From: an uncultured Methanosarcinaceae archaeon
Lineage (GTDB): Archaea > Halobacteriota > Methanosarcinia > Methanosarcinales > Methanosarcinaceae
Direction: 5' to 3'
Assembly: GCA_963721455.1 (NCBI GenBank)
Contig: CAVRJG010000044.1
Span: 64,001-128,000 of the forward strand
Length of the DNA stretch: 64,000 nucleotides
Numbering within the stretch: position 1 is the first letter of the stretch; each line of letters starts with the position of its first letter. The translations under genes and the position numbers were made by a program. Shown one piece after another: positions 11,070 to 20,252 of the stretch. The notes below the pieces were generated by a model that saw only the letters and a program-made list of their open reading frames with translations, did not search any database and had not been told where the DNA came from.

Positions 11070-11385
11070 ATGTCTTTAAATGGGCTCCAAAAATCGAAAC
11101 TGCCTGCTTATACGAAATTCCTTTTATCAGTAAGGACTTCTTACTGCTTGTTGCTCCGCTGCTTATAAGAATGTTCGAGCTGCTGATTCCGAAGAGTTCG
11201 GCAAGGCATTCTACCAATTGTTCGTTTGCCTTTCCCTTCTGGGCATTTTTGGTCAGCTTCACTTCAATTCTCTTACGCCATTCATTATAACCGCTCGGGA
11301 CCGAGACTGACCTGGAACCGGGCGTGACCTCGATATCAACAATAATAGCGGATCCCAGGTCTTTAATTGCCTCTTCGAAGGACAT
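11068..11385 (-). CDS. DUF167/UPF0235 (YggU-like) protein
   Basis: IEVTPGS...GKANEQL..LAELF...GATSSKK pattern. Confidence 0.88.
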   Translation of the reverse strand: MSFEEAIKDLGSAIIVDIEVTPGSRSVSVPSGYNEWRKRIEVKLTKNAQKGKANEQLVECLAELFGISSSNILISSGATSSKKSLLIKGISYKQAVSIFGAHLKT

Positions 11386-11550
11386 ATGTTTTATCTTTTC
11401 GGAGGTATTCTATAAATCAATAACGAATTAACCTGTTAGAGTAAAGGAATAATCGGAAATAGTGAGAAGGTGATCAGGCTTCAAATAAGAAATTTGACAT
11501 ATATTGGCCAGGAAACTGGTATAAAAGTTTTTGAAAATAGGAAAGAATAG

Positions 11551-11724
11551 TGCTGTAGCCCGGACGCACTAACTCCGAAAGCTCATCCTCTGGTTTTCCG
11601 CAGTCACTTTCAGTTACCCTCGTGCCGGGCATATATCACACTATTGATGTACCGCATTGGGGTTGTCTGTACACTCACAGTCAGGGTTTCCCATTATCTC
11701 GTGCAAGGACCTATACAATGCGAC
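11551..11724 (-). ncRNA. Box H/ACA-like pseudouridylation guide sRNA with two hairpins
   Basis: Hairpin 1 basal stem GUCGCAUUG/CAAUGCGGU is directly followed by ACA; hairpin 2 GCCCGG/CCGGGC is followed by UACA-GCA; internal pockets and UGA/GA K-turn-like motifs; TTTATATA box 24 nt upstream. Confidence 0.72.
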
Positions 11725-11747
11725 GGAATGATAAATATCATTACTAA

Positions 11748-11755
11748 TATATAAA
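11748..11755 (-). promoter_or_regulatory. TATA box of the putative H/ACA RNA
   Basis: TTTATATA on the minus strand, 24 nt upstream of the predicted 5' end at 11724. Confidence 0.5.
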
Positions 11756-12008
11756 AATAATGGTAAACAATGGATTCACTATATTGCGTATATATGTATA
11801 AATCAGGATTATATTCAAGACCCACCTCCCCTGAGAAGAAATATTAAGAAGAGATTCAATTTATAAGGGAAATACTCGAACAATCCTACATCCTCAAAAA
11901 GATTGTCGCAATATAAAAAAATCTAAAGGAAAAGTTATATATTATGCATATGTTTGCTCTTCCGTAAATTGAGCACAGGTATTTGATGAATAGCAGAGGT
12001 GCGTATAT

Positions 12009-13118
12009 ATGTACAGCACTGAACAGGTAATTCCCGGAACGATTATTGCAGGCCCCGAGCTGGAACCCATTGAGGGATATATCTGCGTAAATAAAGGAAT
12101 AATCACGGAGATTGGAGAGGAGCGTACATATTCCAGCAACATAATAGCTCCCTGCTTTGTCAATGCCCATACTCACCTCGGAGATTCGGTATTTAAAGAC
12201 CCTCCTCTTGGAAAAATTTCCGGCTTTCGGATTCAGAGGGATCTGGATTCTCTTGTAAAACCTCCTGATGGATTAAAACATAAGATTCTGAGAGAAACGT
12301 CATATAAAACCCTGATCGAATGCATGAGAAGCTCTCTGCTGGATATGATCGAAACCGGGACATATGCTTTTGCGGATTTTAGAGAAGGAGGAGTTTTAGG
12401 AGTTGCAGCCCTGAATAAAGCTCTTGAAGGACTAAAACTTTATTCCATGGTACTGGGTAGGCCCGCTGAACCTGAATTGCCCTCTCTGGCAGTACTGGCT
12501 GAAGTAAGAAGAATTCTTCTGCGGTGCAACGGACTTGGAATGAGCGGGACAAATGACCTTGATCTTGAACTGTTGGAGGAGATCGTCACCTGTACCCGGC
12601 ATTGCAAAAAATTTTTTGCAATTCATACAGGAGAAAAAGATAGAAGCGACATAGAAAAGGCACTGTCCCTTGAGCCGGATCTGCTTATTCATTTGACAAA
12701 TGCTACAAAAAGGGATCTTGAATCCGTGGCAGATGCAGGAATTCCAGTTGTCGTCTGTCCCAGGTCTAATTTTATCACAGGGGCCGGAATGGCACCTATT
12801 GCCGAGATGCTGGAGGCTGGAATAAGGGTAGCTGCAGGAACGGATAATGTAATGTTAAATTCTGTAAATATGTTTTCTGAAATGGAATTTATGTCTAAGG
12901 TTTTTTCAATTGATGATAGGCAAGTATTTAAAATTTGCACACTTAATGGGTCTTTTGTAACGGGGCCTGATTCCACGGGTTCGATAAAAAAGGGGAATAA
13001 AGCTAATCTTATGATCCTGAATGGAAGTTCGAATAATCTTGCAGGGATAAAGAACCCCATAAGTGGAATCACAAGACGGGCAAGACCCGATGACATACTA
13101 TCGGTACTTCATTCGTAA
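12009..13118 (+). CDS. Amidohydrolase family (metal-dependent deaminase-like) protein
   Basis: FVNAHTHLGD, IHTGE, CPRSN and AGTDN motifs. Confidence 0.88.
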   Translation: MYSTEQVIPGTIIAGPELEPIEGYICVNKGIITEIGEERTYSSNIIAPCFVNAHTHLGDSVFKDPPLGKISGFRIQRDLDSLVKPPDGLKHKILRETSYKTLIECMRSSLLDMIETGTYAFADFREGGVLGVAALNKALEGLKLYSMVLGRPAEPELPSLAVLAEVRRILLRCNGLGMSGTNDLDLELLEEIVTCTRHCKKFFAIHTGEKDRSDIEKALSLEPDLLIHLTNATKRDLESVADAGIPVVVCPRSNFITGAGMAPIAEMLEAGIRVAAGTDNVMLNSVNMFSEMEFMSKVFSIDDRQVFKICTLNGSFVTGPDSTGSIKKGNKANLMILNGSSNNLAGIKNPISGITRRARPDDILSVLHS

Positions 13119-13137
13119 AGCAAATGGAGAACAAAAC

Positions 13138-13590
13138 ATGACGAGCGAATTTTACCGGAACATAGTGATTGCAACAGATGGATCCGAGAATAGCAAGAGG
13201 GCCATTTCTTACGGAATTGAGATTGCAAAACTCAGCGGAGCCACGGTTCACGCTCTTTACGTGGTAGATACATCTTCATTTTCCTCGATACCGATGGACG
13301 CGGGCTGGGAAGCAATGTATGAAATCCTGAAAAAGGAGGGGGAGGAAGCAGTCTCCGAAGTTAAAGAATACGGAGAGGCCTCAGGGGTAGAGGTAAGAGA
13401 AGTCCTCTGGGAAGGGCACCCAAGCAATGAGATTATAGATTTCGCAGAGAACAATAATGCTGACCTGATAGTGATGGGCACTCTCGGCAAAACCGGACTC
13501 GACAGATTTCTAATGGGAAGCGTTGCAGAAAAAGTAGTCAGAGGCTCAAAAGTCCCGGTCCTGGTCGTCAGGAGTGAAGAACAAAGTTAA
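13138..13590 (+). CDS. Universal stress protein
   Basis: IVIATDGS and DLIVMGTLGKTGLDRFLMGSVAEKVVR; ATG 13138 follows a GGAG RBS (the track start at 13063 overlaps the upstream gene). Confidence 0.93.
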   Translation: MTSEFYRNIVIATDGSENSKRAISYGIEIAKLSGATVHALYVVDTSSFSSIPMDAGWEAMYEILKKEGEEAVSEVKEYGEASGVEVREVLWEGHPSNEIIDFAENNNADLIVMGTLGKTGLDRFLMGSVAEKVVRGSKVPVLVVRSEEQS

Positions 13591-13674
13591 GACTTTCTGT
13601 CAACTGGAAGCCTTTTGGGAAAAGAAATAAGAGAACGAAAACCAGGATTCAGAGTATACACAGGTGTAGATTAC

Positions 13675-14529
13675 ATGCCAAAAAACATCTTCATTGAAGA
13701 TATCATGGTAAGGGACGTAGCAAGCGCAACCCTTCCAGGTTCAAGGGATGAGGTTCTTAAAGTTCTTAAGAACAAACATATCTCCGGGGTTCCAGTGCTT
13801 AAAGATTCCAAAGTTGTTGGAATCGTAACCAGGACAAACCTTCTACAAAACCCTGAAGAAGAACAACTGGCTCTTCTTATGACACGGGATCCGATAACCA
13901 TATCCTCTGGATCTGATCTGCAGACCGCAGCACGCCTGCTTCTGGAACACGACATAAGAAGGCTCCCTGTAGTAGATGGAGGGAAACTTGTAGGGCTTGT
14001 TACGGTGGCAGATGTAGTGGGCACAATTGCTGACATGAACATTGATATTCCGATCAAGGCCTACGTAGAAGAGGAAGTAGTTGCCATTTACAGCGAAACA
14101 CCTTTGCCTGTCGCTGCCAGGATTATGGAACTTGCAGGAGTCAAGGCTGTCCCGGTACTTGATGCAAATCTGGAGCTCGTAGGGATAATCTCGGATCGTG
14201 ACGTTATTTCTGCCAGCATAATTGAGGATAGTGTAGAGATGTCAGATATGTCTGCAGGTAAGGACGACGACGCCTGGACCTGGGAATCAATGCGAGACAC
14301 CATGAGCATCTACTATAGTGTGTCAAGGATTAAGGTCCCCAACCTGATCGGAAGCGATATAATGATCAGGGAACCGATTACAGCTACCTATATTGCGTCG
14401 GTCAGCGACTGTGCAAGGAAGATGAAGCGAAACAGGATTGACCAGATTCCGATCATTAATTCAAACCGCAAGCTTCAGGGACTTTTGAGAGACCATGATC
14501 TCCTGAAGCCTCTGATAGAAATAGAATAA
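13675..14529 (+). CDS. CBS domain protein (four CBS repeats)
   Basis: Repeated ISGVPV/IRRLPVV/AVPVL/IDQIPI CBS motifs; ATG follows AGGTG. Confidence 0.9.
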   Translation: MPKNIFIEDIMVRDVASATLPGSRDEVLKVLKNKHISGVPVLKDSKVVGIVTRTNLLQNPEEEQLALLMTRDPITISSGSDLQTAARLLLEHDIRRLPVVDGGKLVGLVTVADVVGTIADMNIDIPIKAYVEEEVVAIYSETPLPVAARIMELAGVKAVPVLDANLELVGIISDRDVISASIIEDSVEMSDMSAGKDDDAWTWESMRDTMSIYYSVSRIKVPNLIGSDIMIREPITATYIASVSDCARKMKRNRIDQIPIINSNRKLQGLLRDHDLLKPLIEIE

Positions 14530-14684
14530 TTCAGGTTAAAGTCCGCTTCCAGGAAAGTTAAACCTTTTAACGTGAAGCGAAGAAAACAGATTAATACGCA
14601 TTTAAAACCTAATCAAAAATTTCCAATCAGGAGGCGTTTTTCCGGAAGGTGCCTCCGGTAAATACTTTTTTCAGGAGCCAGAAA

Positions 14685-15374
14685 ATGGACAGGCCTTTTA
14701 TTTTTATTAATTCTGCTATGTCAGCCGACGGCAAACTCTCAACAAAGGAAAGGAAACAGGTCAGGATCTCCGGAAGACTTGATTTTGAAAGAGTGGATGA
14801 GCTCAGGGCACGGGCAGATGCAATTATGGTAGGGATAGGAACTGTCCTTTCAGATGACCCAAGCCTGACGGTAAAATCTCCGGAAAGAAAAGCTGCCAGG
14901 AAAGTCGCCGGAAAAAGCGAAAACCCTGCAAGGGTTATTGTGGACAGTGCCGCGAGAACTCCACAAGATGCTGATATTTTCAAAAAAGGAGAAGGAATAA
15001 GGATCATTGCCGTTTCAAATTCTGCACCTGCAGAAAATGTAGAAAAGCTGGAACAAAAAGCTCTTATTATCAAAACAGGGACTGAGAAAGTCGACCTTTC
15101 AGAGCTTGCAGGAAAATTAAAGGAAATGGGCATAAACAATCTTATGGTAGAAGGAGGTGCAACCCTTAACTGGGGCATGCTCTCCGCAGGTCTTGTTGAT
15201 GAAATCTACACTTTTGTAGGAAATCTTATTATAGGTGGGGCAACATCCCCAACTTTTACTGACGGAGAGGGATTTTTAGAAGCCGATCTTCTTGATCTTG
15301 AATTGCTCTCATCCGAAAAAATCGAAAATGGAGTACTCCTTAAATGGAAGGTAAAAGGTAAAAGAGAAAGGTAA
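14685..15374 (+). CDS. arfC: 2,5-diamino-6-(ribosylamino)-4(3H)-pyrimidinone 5'-phosphate reductase
   Basis: RibD_C motifs AMSADGKL, AIMVGIGTVL.DDPSLTV and MVEGGATL; no deaminase domain (archaeal type). Confidence 0.88.
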   Translation: MDRPFIFINSAMSADGKLSTKERKQVRISGRLDFERVDELRARADAIMVGIGTVLSDDPSLTVKSPERKAARKVAGKSENPARVIVDSAARTPQDADIFKKGEGIRIIAVSNSAPAENVEKLEQKALIIKTGTEKVDLSELAGKLKEMGINNLMVEGGATLNWGMLSAGLVDEIYTFVGNLIIGGATSPTFTDGEGFLEADLLDLELLSSEKIENGVLLKWKVKGKRER

Positions 15375-15521
15375 AGGAAGGAAGGAAGAGATTACTTTTA
15401 ATTTCCTTTTGCCGTCAATAGTTATCCCAATTTATACTTTCCATCATTATTCGGGGATTCAGTAATTTTATAAGAGCATTTTTTTTCTTTCGTTTTAATA
15501 TCAAGTATTACGCCGTTTTCT

Positions 15522-16376
15522 TTATTTTTGATCAAATGTTTTTTCATTCAACTTCAATAGAGCGTTTATTGAAGCAAGGTACGTATAAAACATCCAATCA
15601 TACCAAACTTCTTTATCATAATCGCTTTTCTGATTTTGTTTGTGGTGGCGTATATCAAAGTTATTTATTATATTGAAAAGATCGCTATCATCACTTTTGA
15701 GTAGATATATGCCATCTTTTTTAAGACATTCTCTGAGATATTCAAGCACATCAGCAAGATTCCTTATAGCATCTCTCTTATCCTCAATTGAAGAACTATA
15801 ACGAGAAAACTTTGATTTTGCATATTGTATCTTTGAATCAATATTTTTAGGATCATTGGTTTCAACAGCATCTTCAATTAATGGTTCCAAACCTGTTGGC
15901 GGAATTTCTAAAATTTCACCATCATCAGAGAGTTTATACCCATTATTATAATCTTTGAGAATTTTGTTCATCTCATCTTTATATCTTTCTTTGCCTTTCT
16001 CTTTATCATAGTTCCAAGTGTGCCACCCACAGTTATTCCACTCATGATGTCTTCTGCTTTGTGGCTTCGAAACATAATCATAAAAAAATTCAATTAAAGT
16101 AAGTAAAGTAGCTTCATCATACTCTTTTATATTATTCTCAATTGGCCAAACATTAAGCAGACAAGTCTTTGAATATATAAAGGTTGCAACATCATCACCC
16201 CAGATGCCTGTTATCTCCCCGTCATCGACACATTCATACCCAGTTGCTTCTCGAAAATAAAACTCGCTTTTCAATCTATTATATGCGAGAAGGAATAATT
16301 TTCTAAAAACAGAAAAATCTATAGTTTGACGGTTTATAAGTCCATTTCGTTCAGCATAATATGTTTTGTCATTCAT
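15522..16376 (-). CDS. AbiJ-related (AbiJ_NTD4-like plus HEPN-like C-terminus) putative anti-viral protein
   Basis: AT-rich ORF; LLTLIEFFYD...YKDEMNKILKDYNNGYKLSDDGEI resembles AbiJ N-terminal domains; helical C-terminus with DLFNIINNFDIRHH (recognised, not searched). Confidence 0.55.
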   Translation of the reverse strand: MNDKTYYAERNGLINRQTIDFSVFRKLFLLAYNRLKSEFYFREATGYECVDDGEITGIWGDDVATFIYSKTCLLNVWPIENNIKEYDEATLLTLIEFFYDYVSKPQSRRHHEWNNCGWHTWNYDKEKGKERYKDEMNKILKDYNNGYKLSDDGEILEIPPTGLEPLIEDAVETNDPKNIDSKIQYAKSKFSRYSSSIEDKRDAIRNLADVLEYLRECLKKDGIYLLKSDDSDLFNIINNFDIRHHKQNQKSDYDKEVWYDWMFYTYLASINALLKLNEKTFDQK

Positions 16377-16445
16377 ATCGTCACCGATGCTGTTATATAA
16401 ACTACCTTTTTATTAAAAGATTTCGTAATATTTTTATATAGATCC

Positions 16446-17724
16446 GAGGATCTCAAATTAGCTCTTAAAATCTATAATCTAATTTGACACCCGTTTCTTT
16501 AAAAGTATCTCCCAAATGAATTCTTATTTCCAACTTTATTTTGCATTTCTGTCAGCACCAGCAGTTGATATGCTATGAAACTCAATAGAGAGTAGAGTCC
16601 TCTACTCTCATTTCTCACTCTTCTGATATCGAATTTTACTGTACCCTTAATATGTCCATGTATCTTTTCACATTCAGCTCTTTGTTTATACTGTTCATCA
16701 AAAGACTCATCTCTGATGTTCTGGTTTCTCAGGTACATTCCTACCTGTTCTTTCCTTCCAATCTCATATAGAAATTTGAGCTTGTTTTCCATCGGTGCAT
16801 GAACATCTCCGCCGATTCTCCACTTTTTATTTACCCAGTGATTGATTCTTTCCTCTTCACCTTCTTGATTGATTACGGCATTTGAGGCGTAGGAGATAAT
16901 CGGTTTTGCATCCAGATGATACCAAATGTCAGAATGATTAAGGAATGAATCATAACCTCCATCTGCAGAATACAATTCGAGATCAGCGTTCATCTTCTTT
17001 AGGGCTTCAATATGGTTGAGAAGTTCTGGAGAATCACCAGCAACTCCTTTTGTATGAGTCATGAAAACAGGGTAAGTTCCAACCATTGTAATATGGGCCT
17101 TATCCATTTTGCATTCATAATGAGAATTGTAATCAGCATGTTTATCGTATCTTGAAGCTTCAAGTGGAGTGGAATCGATCTTAGCTTCCTTTTCCTCAGA
17201 AAGTTTGAGAATTTTTTCACCTAAAAGCATCATTATCTCATTGATTCCTTTATCTCCAAGCCTATACTTCACAAAATGATGAAGGGTTCCACCTGAAGGA
17301 AGTTTAATCTGACCGCTTTCATCAAAAAATGAGAGCACGATGGCTTCTTCCTCTGTTAAGGAAGAAATGGTTTTATCATATGAAAGTTTCCTGAAACATT
17401 TCACAACAAAGAGTTTTATCATAGAAGAAACACTGTATTTAAAGTGCCAACTTTTGTTGGTATAAAAAGTACGCTCGACGTGCTTTGCAATATCGTCAAT
17501 GCAGAGGAAGTACAGGAATTGGCAAATTGAAGTGCTTTCTCTGCTAAGATAGTTATCGAAGGAGTCCTCGAAGAGGACTCCTTTATATAACATACTGTTT
17601 TTCGCCATGAGAACGGCATATCTGGCATTATTTAAAGTTGCCACTATCGAATAAAGACAAGTGCCTATCAGAGTCAGTGAAAAAAGAATAGGTTTTTAAG
17701 TCAAAATTCTAATTTGAGAGCTTC
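16446..17724 (-). mobile_element. Complete insertion sequence (1279 bp) with a DDE transposase
   Basis: 16-bp TIRs GAGGATCTCAAATTAG / GAAGCTCTCAAATTAG (14/16 identical); GATCC direct repeat on both flanks (16441-16445, 17725-17729). Confidence 0.9.
16499..17644 (-). CDS. DDE transposase (DDE_Tnp_1 clan; IS5-like/ISNCY, exact family uncertain)
   Basis: KIDSTPL, ADGGYDS and YKQRAECE (Y-2-R-3-E) motifs; may start at MAKNS (17608). Confidence 0.9.
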   Translation of the reverse strand: MATLNNARYAVLMAKNSMLYKGVLFEDSFDNYLSRESTSICQFLYFLCIDDIAKHVERTFYTNKSWHFKYSVSSMIKLFVVKCFRKLSYDKTISSLTEEEAIVLSFFDESGQIKLPSGGTLHHFVKYRLGDKGINEIMMLLGEKILKLSEEKEAKIDSTPLEASRYDKHADYNSHYECKMDKAHITMVGTYPVFMTHTKGVAGDSPELLNHIEALKKMNADLELYSADGGYDSFLNHSDIWYHLDAKPIISYASNAVINQEGEEERINHWVNKKWRIGGDVHAPMENKLKFLYEIGRKEQVGMYLRNQNIRDESFDEQYKQRAECEKIHGHIKGTVKFDIRRVRNESRGLYSLLSFIAYQLLVLTEMQNKVGNKNSFGRYF

Positions 17725-17977
17725 GATCCTTATGAGTCTTAACAAAAGTTACAAAATGTCATTGGGATGTTACGTAGAGTAATTTCATGGTTCGTGCCTT
17801 GACTCAACAATACAAATTTATTATTATCCACGTATTCTTACATTATAACTAAAAGTAATTTTTATTCAACTCAAAAATGACTGTTCCTGAATAAAATATG
17901 TAAGAAATTACCGTATTAGAACAAAACGTCTCATTCTGAATATCGTTTTATCGGATTGCCAACCAAGATTTACCGTA

Positions 17978-18094
17978 TAGGACTTACGCGGTTGAACTGA
18001 GAAATCAATAGCATTGAACTTCCAACTATCTAAAGAATAGAATAACCACAATGTATGTTATGATTAATTCTGTACCTCAAGCGCGTAAGTCCTA
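17978..18094. mobile_element. MITE (about 117 bp)
   Basis: TIRs TAGGACTTACGCG.TTGA / TCAA.CGCGTAAGTCCTA; flanking direct repeat CCGTA (extendable to TACCGTAT overlapping the ends); no credible coding capacity. Confidence 0.85.
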
Positions 18095-18102
18095 CCGTAT
18101 TG

Positions 18103-18843
18103 TTAATCAATCTCAGGTTTAAGATTATGTTTTTCAAACCTGCCCTCACAATATACGAAGACTTCGAGCTCGCACTCGCCTTTAAGGAATTCACGCATTC
18201 TGCGGTCATATGTTCTCTGGACATGTTTCAGGCCGTTTTTTCTGAAGTGAACCATCACAGCCTCAAAAAAACCGATCATCTGTCTCAGGTAAGCTTCTTC
18301 ATAAGCCCTGGTTTCCCGGGCAATTGCTTTACACTCAGAATCCTCAAGTTCCGAATGGTAGCTTCCGTGCTCGTTTAAGCCGCTTATCTGGCGCCAGTTC
18401 ATCTTACCTGATTCATCAGCTTCCCGGTGGAGCATATAAGGATAGACCCTGCAAATTGAAGGGCGATTTTCATAAATTTTGCAGCGTTTATTATCAAGGA
18501 AAATGCAGGAGCCGTCAGGCTTTGTTTTCAGGGCATAGCCTGAGACGTAAAACCTGCCCTTCTGATCGCAAAACTCATAATAAGGGGCAGGAGCAATAAC
18601 ATCCTGATTTATTTGCCTTATGATAGCCAGGTCTGCATCGAGAAGAAAAACGTGGTCGTTAAACTCTTTAGTGCAGCAGCGTGCACAGAGTTCACACCTG
18701 AACCCCAGTTCTTTGATAATGCCTGCAAACTCAGAGTCCGGAAATTTCTTTACGCCCGCAAGTTCTTTTCGTGCGTCTGCAAGCCTGGTTTCGATATTCT
18801 CATTTTTTACGCTAATCACCTTTTTAAGAAAAGAATTCTGCAA
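18103..18843 (-). CDS. YkgJ family cysteine-cluster (CxxCxxCC) protein
   Basis: FRCELCARCC and CIFL...CKIYENRPSICRVYP motifs. Confidence 0.9.
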   Translation of the reverse strand: MQNSFLKKVISVKNENIETRLADARKELAGVKKFPDSEFAGIIKELGFRCELCARCCTKEFNDHVFLLDADLAIIRQINQDVIAPAPYYEFCDQKGRFYVSGYALKTKPDGSCIFLDNKRCKIYENRPSICRVYPYMLHREADESGKMNWRQISGLNEHGSYHSELEDSECKAIARETRAYEEAYLRQMIGFFEAVMVHFRKNGLKHVQRTYDRRMREFLKGECELEVFVYCEGRFEKHNLKPEID

Positions 18844-19222
18844 TATTCGGGTTGTACTATTTTAGTATTTGGATTGTATATTTGTATATATATGCATTTT
18901 TCCACAGCTTTATGCCTTATTTTAAGCCCATGTCCGTAACATTTAATTACTAGCATTTCTCTCTATGATAAACCCAAGGCTTGATGACATTTATAAATTC
19001 GCACTTTCGGGCTTCAAGGAATATTAGATATTCCGTTAAGTATCTTTGAGAATTATCGATTTAACGTTATCGAACCAGGAAATACCTGTTTGTTAAAACA
19101 CTGCCGAGGAGAAAGAAAATCCGCGGCAATCGGCAGTGGCCAGCAATAAGCAAATATTTCACGTGAATATTGTAAGTAATAAATTACTAATAAATTCAGA
19201 GAAAATTAAGATTAAAATATAA

Positions 19223-19408
<186 letters not shown>

Positions 19409-19491
19409 TTTTAAGGGCTTTTTCATTTAACTTTTTTGGATATTATTTTTTAAGTACAATGGAATCTTACTTAGCTGGCTTTTTAGTCTGT

Positions 19492-19668
19492 TTAATGTGG
19501 ATACTTGAGGGCGAGCACAATGGTCCCTAGAAGGTTTACTGTAAGAGTTCCTGCAGGGATATTCTTAACTTTCGGGACCCGGCTTGAAACCATATATGGG
19601 AGAGATGCCCCTATGAAACCGTCTGCGCCTATAAAAAAGAGTGTGCCCAGGCTCGAAACATGGAACAT
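19492..19668 (-). pseudogene. crcB: Truncated CrcB/Fluc fluoride exporter, second copy
   Basis: [25 protein letters not shown]...[17 protein letters not shown], then a stop at 58 aa; the GG.GA..R motif is degraded. Confidence 0.75.
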
Positions 19669-19671
19669 TTT

Positions 19672-20050
19672 TTACCCCTCTATTCTTGAAAGGGCTTTTA
19701 TAACACCTCTGCCCATGAACACACCAGTCAGGGTAAGAAAAAGATTGGCGCTGATGTTTCCCAGGGCAGGAAAAAATGGCATCGTGAGAGACTGGACTGC
19801 AAACGTCGAAAACGTTGTGAATGCTCCATAAATCCGGTTCCGAAAGAATCTTCCCCTTAGGGCCTATAAACCCTATATGCTCCGCGTCGTACATTACCAG
19901 GCCGAGCATAAAACTCCCAAGCACATTTACAGAAAGGGTACCAAGCTGTACTTCCGTAAGCTCACAGAGTAAAAACCGGCAGATGACCCCTAAAAACCCG
20001 CCGGCTCCTATGAGAGAGATCTTATCCAGGTCTCTATCCGTGGAAGGCAT
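19672..20050 (-). pseudogene. crcB: Frameshifted CrcB/Fluc fluoride exporter, first copy
   Basis: GAGGFLG..CRF and GTLSVNVLGSF in one frame; FGTGFMGAFTTFSTFA continues in another frame after about 19845 and ends at TAA 19672. Confidence 0.85.
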
Positions 20051-20252
20051 AATTTTTCACTTTTAAAATCATTTAAAAATTTAGATTTCAGCTCTGAAGA
20101 TTTTAGCTCTGGTTTTTTCCGCTTCATTAGTACTTGGAGTATAAAATTTGATTCATTACCCGTCTTGAAAGAAGTAAGATAAAATTACCGCAACTCTTTT
20201 CCATTAAATAATAAGATTAAAAGAAGAGGCATATTGAGAGAACACAGGATTG

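Noticed and set aside
20051-20250. Fluoride riboswitch expected upstream of crcB
   Set aside because: No GGNGAUG...CC / GCUGAUGAC-type consensus was visible
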